Of a stretch of DNA of 64,000 nucleotides, positions 11,873-24,997 are shown piece after piece. This DNA is from Octopus bimaculoides (Eukaryota). The position numbers and the translations under genes are program-made. The DNA lies in the NCBI RefSeq assembly GCF_001194135.2, contig NC_068982.1, positions 11,367,074-11,431,073 of the forward strand. Reading direction: 5' to 3'. How positions within the stretch are numbered: position 1 is the stretch's first letter; every line of letters starts with the position of its first letter. The notes beneath the pieces are model-generated. The model saw nothing but the letters and a program-made list of their open reading frames with translations. It was not told the origin of the DNA and did not search any database.

Positions 11873-14269
11873 AAGCTGCTTACTTACAGAGCCATGATTA
11901 AACTTTTTAAATACATAATTTTTTTGTTTTGTTTTTTTCACAATTCAATTTTTATTTCAACAAAAGATATATACAGTCAAAATAATTTTGAATAATGACA
12001 GTAGCAAAAAGAAAAAAAAAATCTTATTTCGATAGTCTTCAAAATATTGGTAATTCAATATAGCACTAAAAGAGTTATTTAGAGTGGAAGTAGAAACCTT
12101 TGCCCTTTTTTTTTAATACAAGGACAAAGCTAGTAGAAAGGGAAAAGTGCTAATACAAAAGACAGTTGTCAGCCAAGACAGATTCTATAATAAATAATTT
12201 CCGGGTAGGTAATAAAATGAGAAAGCAAACACAATACTATCTTGTTAATAAATAAATGGCCAGTAAAAGCAGGACTGCCAGATAGCCTATCAAAAGCCAT
12301 TTTTACACTGGCACTTCACCCTGACCTATTTTTACAAGTGGAAAGTTTGAAAGCCAATTGTTAAAAAGAATAGATTTACACTTTCATTTAGAAATATTAG
12401 TTTCCTTTCACTAAACATAGAAAGTCCTGTATTTTTTTAAAATTTTGTGGAGGTGGAGGGGGGAGATGGATATAATGAGAACTTGCGATGCTCATGCTTT
12501 TCCCTAAATGCATCATCAGCAGGTGTAAATGGTTGGAATATCAATCAACCAGGAAGGAATCAAGATGTCTTTGATGCATTTAGAAATGAAACATGTATCA
12601 TTATTATTATTATTAAGCATTAAATCTGAGTTCAGTGTTCATAAAATAATGTGAACCACACAAATGAAATAGGAAGAAAAAAAACTACATCAAATACGTT
12701 AATATTTTCTTTAATACTCCCCCCCTCTCCACATTACAAATAATTTTAATGACTTCCCAGTAATCTTTATGAAGCAACTAAACAAGACATGACTAAACAC
12801 AAAAAATTATTTTAAACATAAAACAGCCTTTTTAATAACTTTTTAGAAAAATAATTTATTGGTAACAAACATTAATCATAAGTTATATTTACTTGTCTAA
12901 TGAATTAACTATGTATATTAAAAAAAAATGAAGCAAAACTTGAAATTTAAATTGTATTATTAGAGAAACTTCAAGATTGACTTTTAAGCCAGAGTGAAAT
13001 GTGTGTATTTACAATTGTACTACAGCACTTAAACAGTACTCCACATGTTATGGCAATAATTTAAACAAGGATTATTCTCCTCATAAAACATATATTATAT
13101 ACATATATATAAATTGTAGTTGCTCTGACGTATAGGATCAACTGAGACAGCTAAGAATTCCAAAATATCGGCTTACTAGTTAATAATAAACCTCAACAAA
13201 ACAGGATTTTCATCATCTGATCATTTTTAATTAGTGTGTGCGTGTGTGCGCGCGCATTCAACATTTGCAACTAAGACCCACACACACACACACAAATGAA
13301 AAAAAAATGTTAATACACTATTTGATGGAAATTCAACAATAATCAATCAGAATTTCAAATATTGGAGAAGAAAATTAAGAATAATGCAATACCAAAAACA
13401 AAAAAACAAAAATTTAATCTACAATTTATAAATTCTAAAATTAATGAAATTGTATAAAGTAAATTAATTCTACTGAAAATGGTTTTTCCAGATTAATTAT
13501 AAAAAGTTTTTCAGGACAACTAAAATAGACAAAGAGCTGATTTTATTCAATTTTCTTTAACAGGAAGTATTATATTCATGTTAATACTAAAAATAGTCAC
13601 TTCTAAATTATTTCTCAACGTTTAACATGTACTACTACAGAGATAAAAAAGAAAAAAAGTTCAGATTAATCAGATACCACCAAAATGAGCTTAGTGATCT
13701 TATATCACTACTACCACGATAATATTCTGATAATATATCAACAAATAAATGAAATGGAATTATTTCATATTATGCAGAATAACACGAGATAAATTGCTCT
13801 TAAACAAAGTCCATGATAATCAGCAAATATTTTAGATCAAAGTTAAAAATTGCAGATTATATTTAAGAGAGCTAAAAAGCACAGAACGGCAGTACAAGTC
13901 GTTGCTGGAAGGTTATATATAAAGAATCAATATTTTGAAAAGGAAAAAGCAGCAGTGAGTAGCAATACCTGACATGTGTAATGATAACTGTATCTAATTT
14001 GGAAAAATTAGACTATCATATGGTTTTAATATTACTACTAGCTAGAATTTTAATAGCAATCAATAAATGTAACATCAATGATCTTATATGTATATATGCA
14101 GTCACGATAAGAGAAAATATAAATAACATGCTTTATTTTTATTATTAGTAAAATATATATTTAAATACATGTACACACTAATTGAAGACTTGCTGCTTCA
14201 ACACACAGATATGAAGGGTTGTTGATGCATGAGGAGTGTGCGGTGTGCTTGAGAGGTACAGAGTGTGTA

Positions 14270-14935
14270 GGGAGAGATATGAAGTGGAAGTAAGAGGAAT
14301 AGAAAGAGATAAAGGGGAAATAAAGTAAAGAAGAAGATAGAAAGCAGGAGAAATATGAGAGAAAAATAAAAGAACGAAAAGGAGAAGGAAAAAAAAAGGA
14401 GGAATAAATGCGTGGGATAAATGATATAGAAAGTGTGGGGAGAAAAGTATTAGAGAACGGCGAAATAAAGATTGTGAAAAGAAAGACAGAAAGTGAGAAG
14501 AAAAGATAGAGATAGCGATAGAAGGAAAAAATAGAGAAAAAGCGATAGGAGTAAACGAGAGGGAAGAAGACGATGTGTGTAGAAAAGGATAGAGAGAGAG
14601 AGAGGAAGAGTGAGTTAAAAGGAGAGAAAGTGTGAGGAGAAAGGATAAGTGTGAGGGGGGGAAAGGTAGAAAGCGAAGGAAAGGATAGAGATAAAAAGGA
14701 GAAAGGAGAGAAAGTGTGAGGAGAAAGGATAGAGAGAAAGTGTGAGGGGAAAGGATAGATAATGTGAGGGGAAGGAGGAAATGGTAAATAGAAAGTGTGA
14801 AGAGAAAAGAAAGTGTTGAAGAGAAAAGTATATAGTGTGAGGAAAAGGGGGAGCAAAGGATAGAAATAGTGTGAGGAGAAAAGGATAAGGAAAAAGTGAG
14901 AGGAGAAATAGAGAAACTGCGAGGGGAGGGGGGAG
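14270..14935. repeat. Purine-rich (GA/GGA/GAAA) low-complexity tract ending in a gap
   Basis: Almost pyrimidine-free on the plus strand, with recurring gagaaagtgtgagg units. Confidence 0.85.
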
Positions 14936-16901
14936 NNNNNNNNNNNNNNNNNNNNNNNNNNNNNNNNNNNNNNNNNNNNNNNNNNNNNNNNNNNNNNNNN
15001 NNNNNNNNNNNNNNNNNNNNNNNNNNNNNNNNNNNNNNNNNNNNNNNNNNNNNNNNNNNNNNNNNNNNNNNNNNNNNNNNNNNNNNNNNNNNNNNNNNNN
15101 NNNNNNNNNNNNNNNNNNNNNNNNNNNNNNNNNNNNNNNNNNNNNNNNNNNNNNNNNNNNNNNNNNNNNNNNNNNNNNNNNNNNNNNNNNNNNNNNNNNN
15201 NNNNNNNNNNNNNNNNNNNNNNNNNNNNNNNNNNNNNNNNNNNNNNNNNNNNNNNNNNNNNNNNNNNNNNNNNNNNNNNNNNNNNNNNNNNNNNNNNNNN
15301 NNNNNNNNNNNNNNNNNNNNNNNNNNNNNNNNNNNNNNNNNNNNNNNNNNNNNNNNNNNNNNNNNNNNNNNNNNNNNNNNNNNNNNNNNNNNNNNNNNNN
15401 NNNNNNNNNNNNNNNNNNNNNNNNNNNNNNNNNNNNNNNNNNNNNNNNNNNNNNNNNNNNNNNNNNNNNNNNNNNNNNNNNNNNNNNNNNNNNNNNNNNN
15501 NNNNNNNNNNNNNNNNNNNNNNNNNNNNNCCGCAATTATTAAATATTAAAGTTGAATGAATTTTAAAATTGGTTTGAGTTTCTTATTTTTTTTTGTTTTA
15601 AAATTTAAAAAAAAATTTTTTTATAAAAAAAAAAAAAATTTTGTTTTAAAAGATTAAACTAAGGAAATAATGCATCGATTTCTGTGAATTATTGAAATAA
15701 AAACCTATTATTTTAAATTTTATCTTCAGAAAACGTAAAAAAAATAAAATTAGTGTGTGTAAGAGAGAATGTGTGTGTGTGTGTGTATCAGATTAGGCAT
15801 CTTTTTAATTTTATTTTCGGTAAACTGCAACTGAGGAAGAATCGCGTGAAACTAAGTGTGTGTGTGTGTGTGTGTGTAAGAGGGGAAGAGTATATAGAAT
15901 TGGGCATATTTACAAAATAACTTCGCTTTGGTTTGTTGTCCAAGACCAAAAATTCAAAGCAGTGAATAGATAAATCAAATAAAAATAATATCTAAAGACG
16001 ATAAAAATGCTCAAGTGAAATAATTGTTCATTTTAATTCAATTTTTAATGAAAGAAAATACCAAAATATAATTAAACTCAAGTTCGATGTAGTAGTAGAT
16101 GGATAGCGTACTACAATAATACATAATATTATTTATTACTCGTTGAATTTTATCGAATTGGATAGTAATGAATTAGTTTGTAATATCAGTGAGAATATTA
16201 CCAGAAATAAATGTGAATGCTAAGCTAAGTCAAAAAAAGAATTACAGCCGCAAGCGAAGGCAAGATGCCTAAGTAATTATTATTCTATGAGATTTACAAA
16301 CATTCTATCAATAAAATACCCAACAAAACTTAACTGAAAACTACATTAGAAAAGTTTAAATTTATTTTTAAAAAAAATAAAATAAAATAAAACAAAATGA
16401 AATAAAATTTATCTGCGTAGACAAATCAACTTAACAATCGCTTTTTGTAATCAAGCAGCACTGACAGAGAAAAGTGGATAAGAGTATGGGGAAAAGGTTT
16501 TTCAGACTGTTGAAATAGGCAATAATGCTACATTTAATGCAGGCTCGATAAATAACATACGCCAGTGAAAGAATCAGTAATATCTAGGTCAATGGATTAT
16601 CCGATTCAAAGTAAAATACAATTAAAAAAGAATTTATAGTTGCATTTATATATATATATATATANNNNNNNNNNNNNNNNNNNNNNNNNNNNNNNNNNNN
16701 NNNNNNNNNNNNNNNNNNNNNNNNNNNNNNNNNNNNNNNNNNNNNNNNNNNNNNNNNNNNNNNNNNNNNNNNNNNNNNNNNNNNNNNNNNNNNNNNNNNN
16801 NNNNNNNNNNNNNNNNNNNNNNNNNNNNNNNNNNNNNNNNNNNNNNNNNNNNNNNNNNNNNNNNNNNNNNNNNNNNNNNNNNNNNNNNNNNNNNNNNNNN
16901 N

Positions 16902-16932
<31 letters not shown>

Positions 16933-17539
16933 TATATATATTATATAAACAATTCCCATATACACACATGTAAACAACCCTTACACGTAAACAGTACTTT
17001 CCCATATAAACAGTATTAACACACACGCGATTACGCAATTCATATTCTAAGATGATGTGGAAAGCGCTTAAAATTAATTTAAGCATGTTCCTTTCTTCCA
17101 CAGAAAAATATTTATTAGAACATGTCAAATGAACAACGAAATTGTAATAAATATACTGATGAGGAAGAAGGAGGAGTCAGAAAGCTGTCAGAATAGAGAA
17201 CCCGTTGAAACATGCATTTCTCAATTCTTCCTTCTTTCAACAGCAGCTAGTTTAATGTTTTGTCAAGCAAGCAGTTCGAGTGTCCAGATAAAATTGCCAT
17301 CGTTCGAAAAAAGCAGGCTGGAGAATCAGTGGTGAAGGTTAATCGACTAAGTTAACACCCCATTCAGAAATGCATAACAGGGCTGTCAGTCAGTAGAGCA
17401 AGTCCAACAAGTGTTCGGTTACAACAAATTAGATACATTTGAAACGTTCAACAGAAGATGCAAGTTGCCTGCAATTATTATTATTATTTTCTTTTTTGAC
17501 TTGCAAAATAACAGTAATAACTGCTTGGTATATTTGAAA

Positions 17540-17760
17540 ATTTAAATATAGCGCAAAGAGGTGGCTATCCCGTTTAGGTTCACAAGCAGTGCCGACCGTT
17601 TTCGGTGGTTACTACTTTCAGGAAACATGCTATACACAATCAAGGGATACTATTTCATATTAACCCCCTACCTCCTGTAGGAGGTGGACCCATTAGGCGG
17701 GAACATTATCGCGATTCGAAACCGTTAATTAATTGTCGAAACTATAACCGACTGTTTTTG
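17540..17760. promoter_or_regulatory. Intronic CpG-retaining regulatory-like segment
   Basis: Locally GC/CpG-rich unique sequence with an E2F-type GGCGGGAA at 17696-17703 and the palindrome acctcct-gt-aggaggt near 17670-17685. Confidence 0.3.
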
Positions 17761-19857
17761 CTTTCATTAAAGCACGTTTGATTAAAAAGTCTTAAAAACA
17801 CGACAAATTCATTCAATTTTAATACTAGATTTAATTTACTGCACGTAAACTATGATTTTGTAATAAATTTTATATAAGAAATATTACAAAACGATAATAA
17901 ACATTTTTAAAGCAAAAACAAGTGCTTTTTCTTTAAAAAAAATATTAACGATGTAATACAACGAAATAAAATTAAGAATGAAATTTATCAAAGATACACT
18001 ATTTATGATTTATTTATATCAAACAAAGGGAAATATGAGATAATTATTGTTCTAATCATAAGATATAATATATACATATTATATATTAAGATTAGAAAAA
18101 TAAAATGTGAAGGACAAAAACTTAATATATATATGTATATATATATATATACAATTTTATAGACACAACATGTTTTTATTATTTAGAAAATAATTAGAGA
18201 TAATCCTTAACTCCAAAAGCGAAACAAACATTGCTACACTAATCGATTTATCAGACTTATAAAACCTAAGCAGTTTAGAGATAGAGGGGAGGGGGGGTTA
18301 AAGGAAAGAGAGAGAGAGAAAGAGAAGAGGTGAAGGGGGAGAGAAAGAATCGTCTTGACTAAATACACAAACGGCAGCTTTAAATACATATTTAGATAGA
18401 AAGAAAAGAGTAGTGAAGAGAGAAAGAGGGTGGGAAAAAGAGAAAAAGGAGGAGGAGAAAAGAAACCCATATACATAAATATATTAGAAATAGAAGCTAT
18501 GTGAAGTTGTTGGCTTCCAGCTCTACCTACATACACCAACTTTGATAGGAAACTAAACAGCAGCAGGCGAAAGCTGTGTAAAGGGGAGGCAGGTCTGTAC
18601 CAATTAAGGGGAGAGGGAGGACGAATTAAGATTTTTCACGATAGTATTATTAACCCTAGAACTTGGTGGATTTCAAATGAAATTCTTATTTAAAAAATTC
18701 ATGCTACTAATATTGTTTCTATGTATTCACTGGGTATCAATTTTCAGTTTCACTTTACTATTAATGAAAAATTATTTTCCTCGATATCAATTTTATTTTT
18801 TTAAATGAAATATGAAGAATAAAAATGAACGATTTCGTTTTTCAAAATGTTTCAATTGATTTCTTATTCAATCCACGATCCGTGAAATGGTTCCAAATTA
18901 AATTTTGAAAAGTTTAATAAAGTGTTTATACAAAATTTATTTTTTTTACTGAAGTACGTTGATATATTTGTAAGAAATCTAATGATTTCTGTTAAAGAAA
19001 TATTTAAAGCGAATGATTTCTAAATCATATTTAAAATCGAAAGAAAAAAATTATATTTTATCGATAAATAATTCTGATAAAACATGAAAATAAATCTCCT
19101 GGTAGAATAAGATAATCAATAAAAAATCAACGATAAAGGCAGCTATCAAACAAAAATAACAGAGATAGTTTTTTTTTCTTTTCAAAAAGAAATCTTGTTA
19201 CGCAATAAAGCAGAATATTTGTTCATGCTGCTGAGGAATAATAATGTATATGATAACTTAAAAAAGTCACGAAGTACAACACCCATTTGGGACTAAGTGA
19301 CTGAAAAACTGGAGATATAAAACTTGATCTAACAGTAAGCTTGTGAAAAACTAATTTTTATATAATACTGGATGCTCACCTTGAGAACAAAAAGTGAGAT
19401 AACAACGACAGCTGACTAAAAGCTTTCTTCTATAAAATAAAACGTCAATCAACAGGCCATGATTTATCAACATAAGCAGAGAAATGAATCAATAAAGGTT
19501 TTGAAAAACGCGATCTCTTTAAGTTAGTGTTTGAAAAACAATTTTTCACACAGCAATTGGTCGTAGAAGAAACAATATCAATCAAGTGTTGGGCTTGACT
19601 ATGAAAACAGGTGATTTTTAAAAAAAATATAAACAAAAAAAAACAAAAAGAGAAAAAGCAATCCTGCTATGTGTAAACAAACTCCATCCAATATCATTTA
19701 ACCGATTCATAAGAAAATATATTCATATGAAGAAGCAAATGAAATAAAACAAAACAAAAATATTAGTTTGTGGAAAAAAATAAATGAACATATGTAAAGT
19801 TTTGTTGTTGTTTTTTTTTTCTCAAAGATAAAATCAATTATTGACTAAAATTCTTAC

Positions 19858-20109
19858 CTGGCCATGTGAAGGGAGTTCTCCTATAGGAGTATCTTTAGGA
19901 AGGAAATAGAGACGTAAGCTTGATAAATTCTGCTTATGAACATCCTGCCACAAGAGTTGAATTTCACCAATACACAATGGTCCATCACGCAATAATTTGA
20001 GAAAGAAAAATTCTCCAGGAGAAAGAATCTTTGTTTGGCCTTCCTTGAAATATTTAAAAGCCTTGTAAAATATGTAAGATCCATGTTTACCACAAGGCGA
20101 CCCGACAAA
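19858..20109 (-). CDS. ARID5B: Internal coding exon (phase 0/0, 84 codons) of an ARID5B-like AT-rich interaction domain protein; N-terminal BAH-like domain
   Basis: The minus strand reads atatag|TTT GTC GGG...CAT GGC CAG|gtaaga, 252 nt with no stop: FVGSPCGKHGSYIFYKAFKYFKEGQTKILSPGEFFFLKLLRDGPLCIGEIQLLWQDVHKQNLSSLRLYFLPKDTPIGELPSHGQ. It aligns along its whole length to the human ARID5B N-terminus as I recall it (WVGSPCGLHGPYIFYKAF...ILSLGDFFF...ICIAELQLLW...SSSKLYFLPEDTPQG...HGE). The symbol reflects the best vertebrate match; strict orthology (ARID5A/B co-ortholog) is untested. Confidence 0.93.
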
Positions 20110-20118
20110 CTATATTTA

Positions 20119-20752
20119 NNNNNNNNNNNNNNNNNNNNNNNNNNNNNNNNNNNNNNNNNNNNNNNNNNNNNNNNNNNNNNNNNNNNNNNNNNNNNNNNNN
20201 NNNNNNNNNNNNNNNNNNNNNNNNNNNNNNNNNNNNNNNNNNNNNNNNNNNNNNNNNNNNNNNNNNNNNNNNNNNNNNNNNNNNNNNNNNNNNNNNNNNN
20301 NNNNNNNNNNNNNNNNNNNNNNNNNNNNNNNNNNNNNNNNNNNNNNNNNNNNNNNNNNNNNNNNNNNNNNNNNNNNNNNNNNNNNNNNNNNNNNNNNNNN
20401 NNNNNNNNNNNNNNNNNNNNNNNNNNNNNNNNNNNNNNNNNNNNNNNNNNNNNNNNNNNNNNNNNNNNNNNNNNNNNNNNNNNNNNNNNNNNNNNNNNNN
20501 NNNNNNNNNNNNNNNNNNNNNNNNNNNNNNNNNNNNNNNNNNNNNNNNNNNNNNNNNNNNNNNNNNNNNNNNNNNNNNNNNNNNNNNNNNNNNNNNNNNN
20601 NNNNNNNNNNNNNNNNNNNNNNNNNNNNNNNNNNNNNNNNNNNNNNNNNNNNNNNNNNNNNNNNNNNNNNNNNNNNNNNNNNNNNNNNNNNNNNNNNNNN
20701 NNNNNNNNNNNNNNNNNNNNNNNNNNNNNNNNNNNNNNNNNNNNNNNNNNNN
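20119..20752. other. Assembly gap immediately upstream of the ARID5 exon acceptor
   Basis: 634 Ns. Other gaps: 14936-15529, 16665-16901, 21792-22500, 28129-28251, 35196-35249, 36659-37433, 46393-46525, 49852-50076, 51434-51443, 55320-55329. Confidence 1.
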
Positions 20753-20801
<49 letters not shown>

Positions 20802-21279
20802 TATATTTCGGAAATATTTATCTTATTTTTCTCTCATTCCAATCGCTTAAGTCCTTGTTTTCTTTCAATTGAGTGAGTGCACCAAGTTTATATTTGTCTT
20901 CCTATCTAAACAGAAATTCGTAGAGGGGGAAATAAAATAAAAATAAAATAATATAAAATAAAATAAATCAAATTATTCCATCTCGCTAAGTTAAATTAAG
21001 AAATATTTCCTCTTGATCATGAAATCTGCAGTGTTGATATTCATTTTTATAATTCCTTTTTCCAAATGTGTAACATTTTATATTTCAAAATAAAAACGAT
21101 AATTTTTTTTTTTAATTGCAAACGTGTGTGTAGGTACTATGTAAGGATGCAAATTTCTTTTATGTATATATATATATATATGTGTATAAATATATATGTA
21201 TATATTTATATGTGTGTGTAAGTGCGTGAGAAAGCGTGTGTGTGTGTGTGTATCTGTTCCTATATTCCTTGAAAATGCA

Positions 21280-21485
21280 AAGAATCGCAAACAGATTTTT
21301 CACGTCGTCGACAATTCATCAGTACCACCGTACTCGAAGTATTGTGTTATATGTATGTGAGCTGCAGCTTGTATGTTATAAGCTACACAAATCTGCCATC
21401 TAAATAGGTCACTATTCAATCGTTTTACAAACTCATACGATTGGTCGATAAGGCTATGGATGATGAAACGGGTCGTAAAATACCC
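21280..21485. promoter_or_regulatory. CpG-dense unique segment about 1.2 kb upstream of the ARID5 exon; candidate promoter or 5' UTR
   Basis: About ten CpGs in about 200 bp (e.g. cacgtcgtcgac, accgtactcg, gtcgataa, acgggtcgt) in a CpG-poor window; not a recognisable repeat. Confidence 0.35.
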
Positions 21486-22503
21486 AATTGCTAAATTAAA
21501 ATGACTGTTATGGAATAGAAAAATTATCAATATCAGAGAAACTATTTCCTCTCACTTTCCCCCATTCGCTTTCTTTTTTCCTTCCTTTTTCATTTTTCTC
21601 TTCTTTATATCTAACTTCCTCGAACCAAACTATCTCTTCCTGTGAGACACTTTTCTTTCATTTGAATTTTTATTTCTTAGTAAAGAAAAAAAATTAAATA
21701 AAATAAAAAGAAAATGAATATTTTTCTAGTTTGTTGATATAATTAATTTATCAATATACTTTCTCTTTTACACTAGGTGATATATATGTGTNNNNNNNNN
21801 NNNNNNNNNNNNNNNNNNNNNNNNNNNNNNNNNNNNNNNNNNNNNNNNNNNNNNNNNNNNNNNNNNNNNNNNNNNNNNNNNNNNNNNNNNNNNNNNNNNN
21901 NNNNNNNNNNNNNNNNNNNNNNNNNNNNNNNNNNNNNNNNNNNNNNNNNNNNNNNNNNNNNNNNNNNNNNNNNNNNNNNNNNNNNNNNNNNNNNNNNNNN
22001 NNNNNNNNNNNNNNNNNNNNNNNNNNNNNNNNNNNNNNNNNNNNNNNNNNNNNNNNNNNNNNNNNNNNNNNNNNNNNNNNNNNNNNNNNNNNNNNNNNNN
22101 NNNNNNNNNNNNNNNNNNNNNNNNNNNNNNNNNNNNNNNNNNNNNNNNNNNNNNNNNNNNNNNNNNNNNNNNNNNNNNNNNNNNNNNNNNNNNNNNNNNN
22201 NNNNNNNNNNNNNNNNNNNNNNNNNNNNNNNNNNNNNNNNNNNNNNNNNNNNNNNNNNNNNNNNNNNNNNNNNNNNNNNNNNNNNNNNNNNNNNNNNNNN
22301 NNNNNNNNNNNNNNNNNNNNNNNNNNNNNNNNNNNNNNNNNNNNNNNNNNNNNNNNNNNNNNNNNNNNNNNNNNNNNNNNNNNNNNNNNNNNNNNNNNNN
22401 NNNNNNNNNNNNNNNNNNNNNNNNNNNNNNNNNNNNNNNNNNNNNNNNNNNNNNNNNNNNNNNNNNNNNNNNNNNNNNNNNNNNNNNNNNNNNNNNNNNN
22501 GTG

Positions 22504-22554
<51 letters not shown>

Positions 22555-24542
22555 TATAAAACATTGAATATGTTTCCTAAATTTTTTGAAAATACTGGAA
22601 TAAAATTTACTTTGTTAGTAAAATATTAAATAATTCAAGATATTTTAATTAGAAATAATTTAAGCATTACATTTTCTTTTATTTTATTCAAAATTTTCAT
22701 TATTTGATAAGGAAATATTAATAATTCTTATTTACATAAACTTTGTGTGCGTGTGTATGTGTGTGTGAGATAGCGCGCGCGTATGTGTCTGTGTGTCTGT
22801 GTGTCTGAGTATATATACATGTATACATTGTAAAGTATGTTTAATGTGTGTGTGTATGAGTGCGTGTGTGCGCACGCACGCGCGTGTCGAATGACAATCT
22901 ATAGCGTTAACAATCAATAAGGTTGATGAACTAGGAGCCATTATGGTGTCGGAAATAAGCACATGTTTTATACAATTAAGAAAAGTGATCAAATTATTGT
23001 TGTTCATTAAGGTTTATATTTTTAATTGGTATTCAAGGAAAACGACAGCGTATATTCTGACTTACAAATTACACACACACACACACACACACTCACATAA
23101 ATAAATAATAAAATATTTTTGAAAGTGAGATATATATATATATATATATGTATATATATGTATGTACCTCTGTGTGTGTGTGTGTATAAGATACTGTCAT
23201 GTTAAGCTGTATGATTAACTTGAAAACTGAATAATTTCTGCCTGGATTTATAATCTAGTGCCGCTAGCTTGGTAACTACTTTTAATGCACCAATCAAATA
23301 CAAGCATTTCTTGACTTAAATATTCCTCTTGTGTTTACTGAAGCGTATTTACTTTTTCTCATTGTTAGCTGTTTTGTTGCATTTAATTCTAAATACATTT
23401 TATATTAAACTTGCGTCTGTTAGGTATGTGTACGTGTGTGCGCGTTTAGTATACAGACAGTGAATGTGCGCGCGCGCATAGATATATATATACATATACA
23501 TATATATATATAAATATAAAAATATCATATACATATATATATACATACACATACATTCACTGAATAAAATATTTGCATGTGTTCATTCACTTTATATATG
23601 ATACACATAGACATATCACATTTATAAATTGAATTGAATACATGCATAAAATGTGTATGTGTGTGAGTTATTCAGATATATTGATCTTTCAACAGCTAAT
23701 AATTATTAAAAACAGTCGTGAGCGTGCATAGATACCTACTTTCAGAGAAGAAGAAAAAAAATCATTTGGGAATATTTATTTTACCAATATTTCTTACTAA
23801 GGCTAGCTAAGATATTCTATTGACGACTTTCATTGATACTACTGTATGCTTCTTTCAATGGATATCTATTTATTCTTTCATTTAATTTTACTTGGGGTGA
23901 AAACAAATATATTTTAAGGTTTCTTTCTTTCTTTCTTTCTTTTTTTTATCTTAGAGAAGATAACAGATTTTTCAGTAAAATATTTTAAGCTATAATTATG
24001 TGCAGCAGTTTAATTGATTTTTTTTTTTTCATTTTATGTTTAATTAAATAAATTACTTTTTAAAAATATGAAAATTTAATACACCATATATAGAAAACTT
24101 TAAAAAGGGAGAACATTAACTAGTTCCATATTTGTATTGAATATTATAGTTGGTTAAAATATCCTTTAAGTTCTTTCGGATAAATCCTAATTAAAATAAA
24201 ATGTAATATTGATTAGGAAAGCAACATCTCTCACTGAAATATGAATGTTGTGGGAAAATAATAGTTAACATCGAATAAACACGTTCTCAAAAGAGTGCCA
24301 GCAAGTCATTAGGAAATATTAATCCAATTAAGGCTAAAGGGAGTCATTCCTCTCACTATACATGAAGATACTAATCAATAATATGATGCCCAATTAAAAG
24401 GTTTATACTCCCCATCAACTAAGCATCTTATACAAATAGGCAATGATATAGCTTAGCAATGAGCTATTCAATAAATGAGACAAGGAGAGAAAAAAAAATT
24501 GCTTTTTGATATTTCTGTATCAAATTCAGTAAATTCTTTTTA

Positions 24543-24589
24543 TATCTATCTATCTATCTATCTATCTATATATATATATATATATATAT

Positions 24590-24640
<51 letters not shown>
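24543..24640. repeat. Palindromic compound microsatellite (TATC)n-(TA)n-(GATA)n
   Basis: Direct inspection; GATA is the reverse complement of TATC. Confidence 0.9.
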
Positions 24641-24641
<1 letters not shown>

Positions 24642-24810
24642 AATTGAAGAAAAAATTAAATCAACAGGAAATGAATGTGCTAATGCATACTGTATTGAAT
24701 TATATGGGTTTAAAAGCTGCTTATATGTCTTTCAAAGATAACGGTACTTCAAGACTTTTTTGCATGACTTTATAACATACTACCGATTTCAAATATATTG
24801 AATTACGATC

Positions 24811-24882
<72 letters not shown>

Positions 24883-24973
24883 TTTATTTAAAAGCAGCAG
24901 AAATATAACAAAAAAACCGTTACTCATGTATGTATATGTATGTATATATCCTTAACATACATATATATCATAC

Positions 24974-24997
24974 CTGCCTACTCTGATAAGCATGCAT
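24974..24997 (-). CDS. Candidate first coding exon of the ARID5-like gene (MHAYQSRQ)
   Basis: The minus strand reads aatacc ATG CAT GCT TAT CAG AGT AGG CAG|gtatga: good start context, strong phase-0 donor, frame-compatible with the 19858-20109 exon. There is no protein similarity, and the true exon could lie in the 20119-20752 gap. Confidence 0.2.

Noticed and set aside
11930-11960. Minus-strand AATAAA followed by A-rich sequence, suggesting a 3' end
   Set aside because: The hexamer is ubiquitous in this AT-rich DNA and no terminal coding exon precedes it.
14161-14856. 231-aa F/S/L-rich minus-strand ORF resembling a membrane protein
   Set aside because: It is the translation of the polypyrimidine strand of a GA-rich low-complexity tract.
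19378-19427. Minus-strand segment ttttatag|aagaaagc...ttctcaag|gtgagc as possible ARID5 exon 3
   Set aside because: It is 50 nt, frameshifting, and shows no similarity to the expected DEV...SEK continuation.
19881-20075. Overlapping alternative-frame ORF MDLTYFTRLL...KILL within the ARID5 exon
   Set aside because: No recognisable similarity; most simply a by-product of the coding frame's codon use.
21556-21639. 84-nt open minus-strand segment (EEIVWFEEVRY...EWGK|gtgaga)
   Set aside because: The acceptor lacks a pyrimidine tract, and the peptide is the translation of a purine-rich low-complexity run.
14615-22567. Long ORFs of 200-300 aa in the track
   Set aside because: They consist mostly of X from N-gaps plus microsatellite translations.
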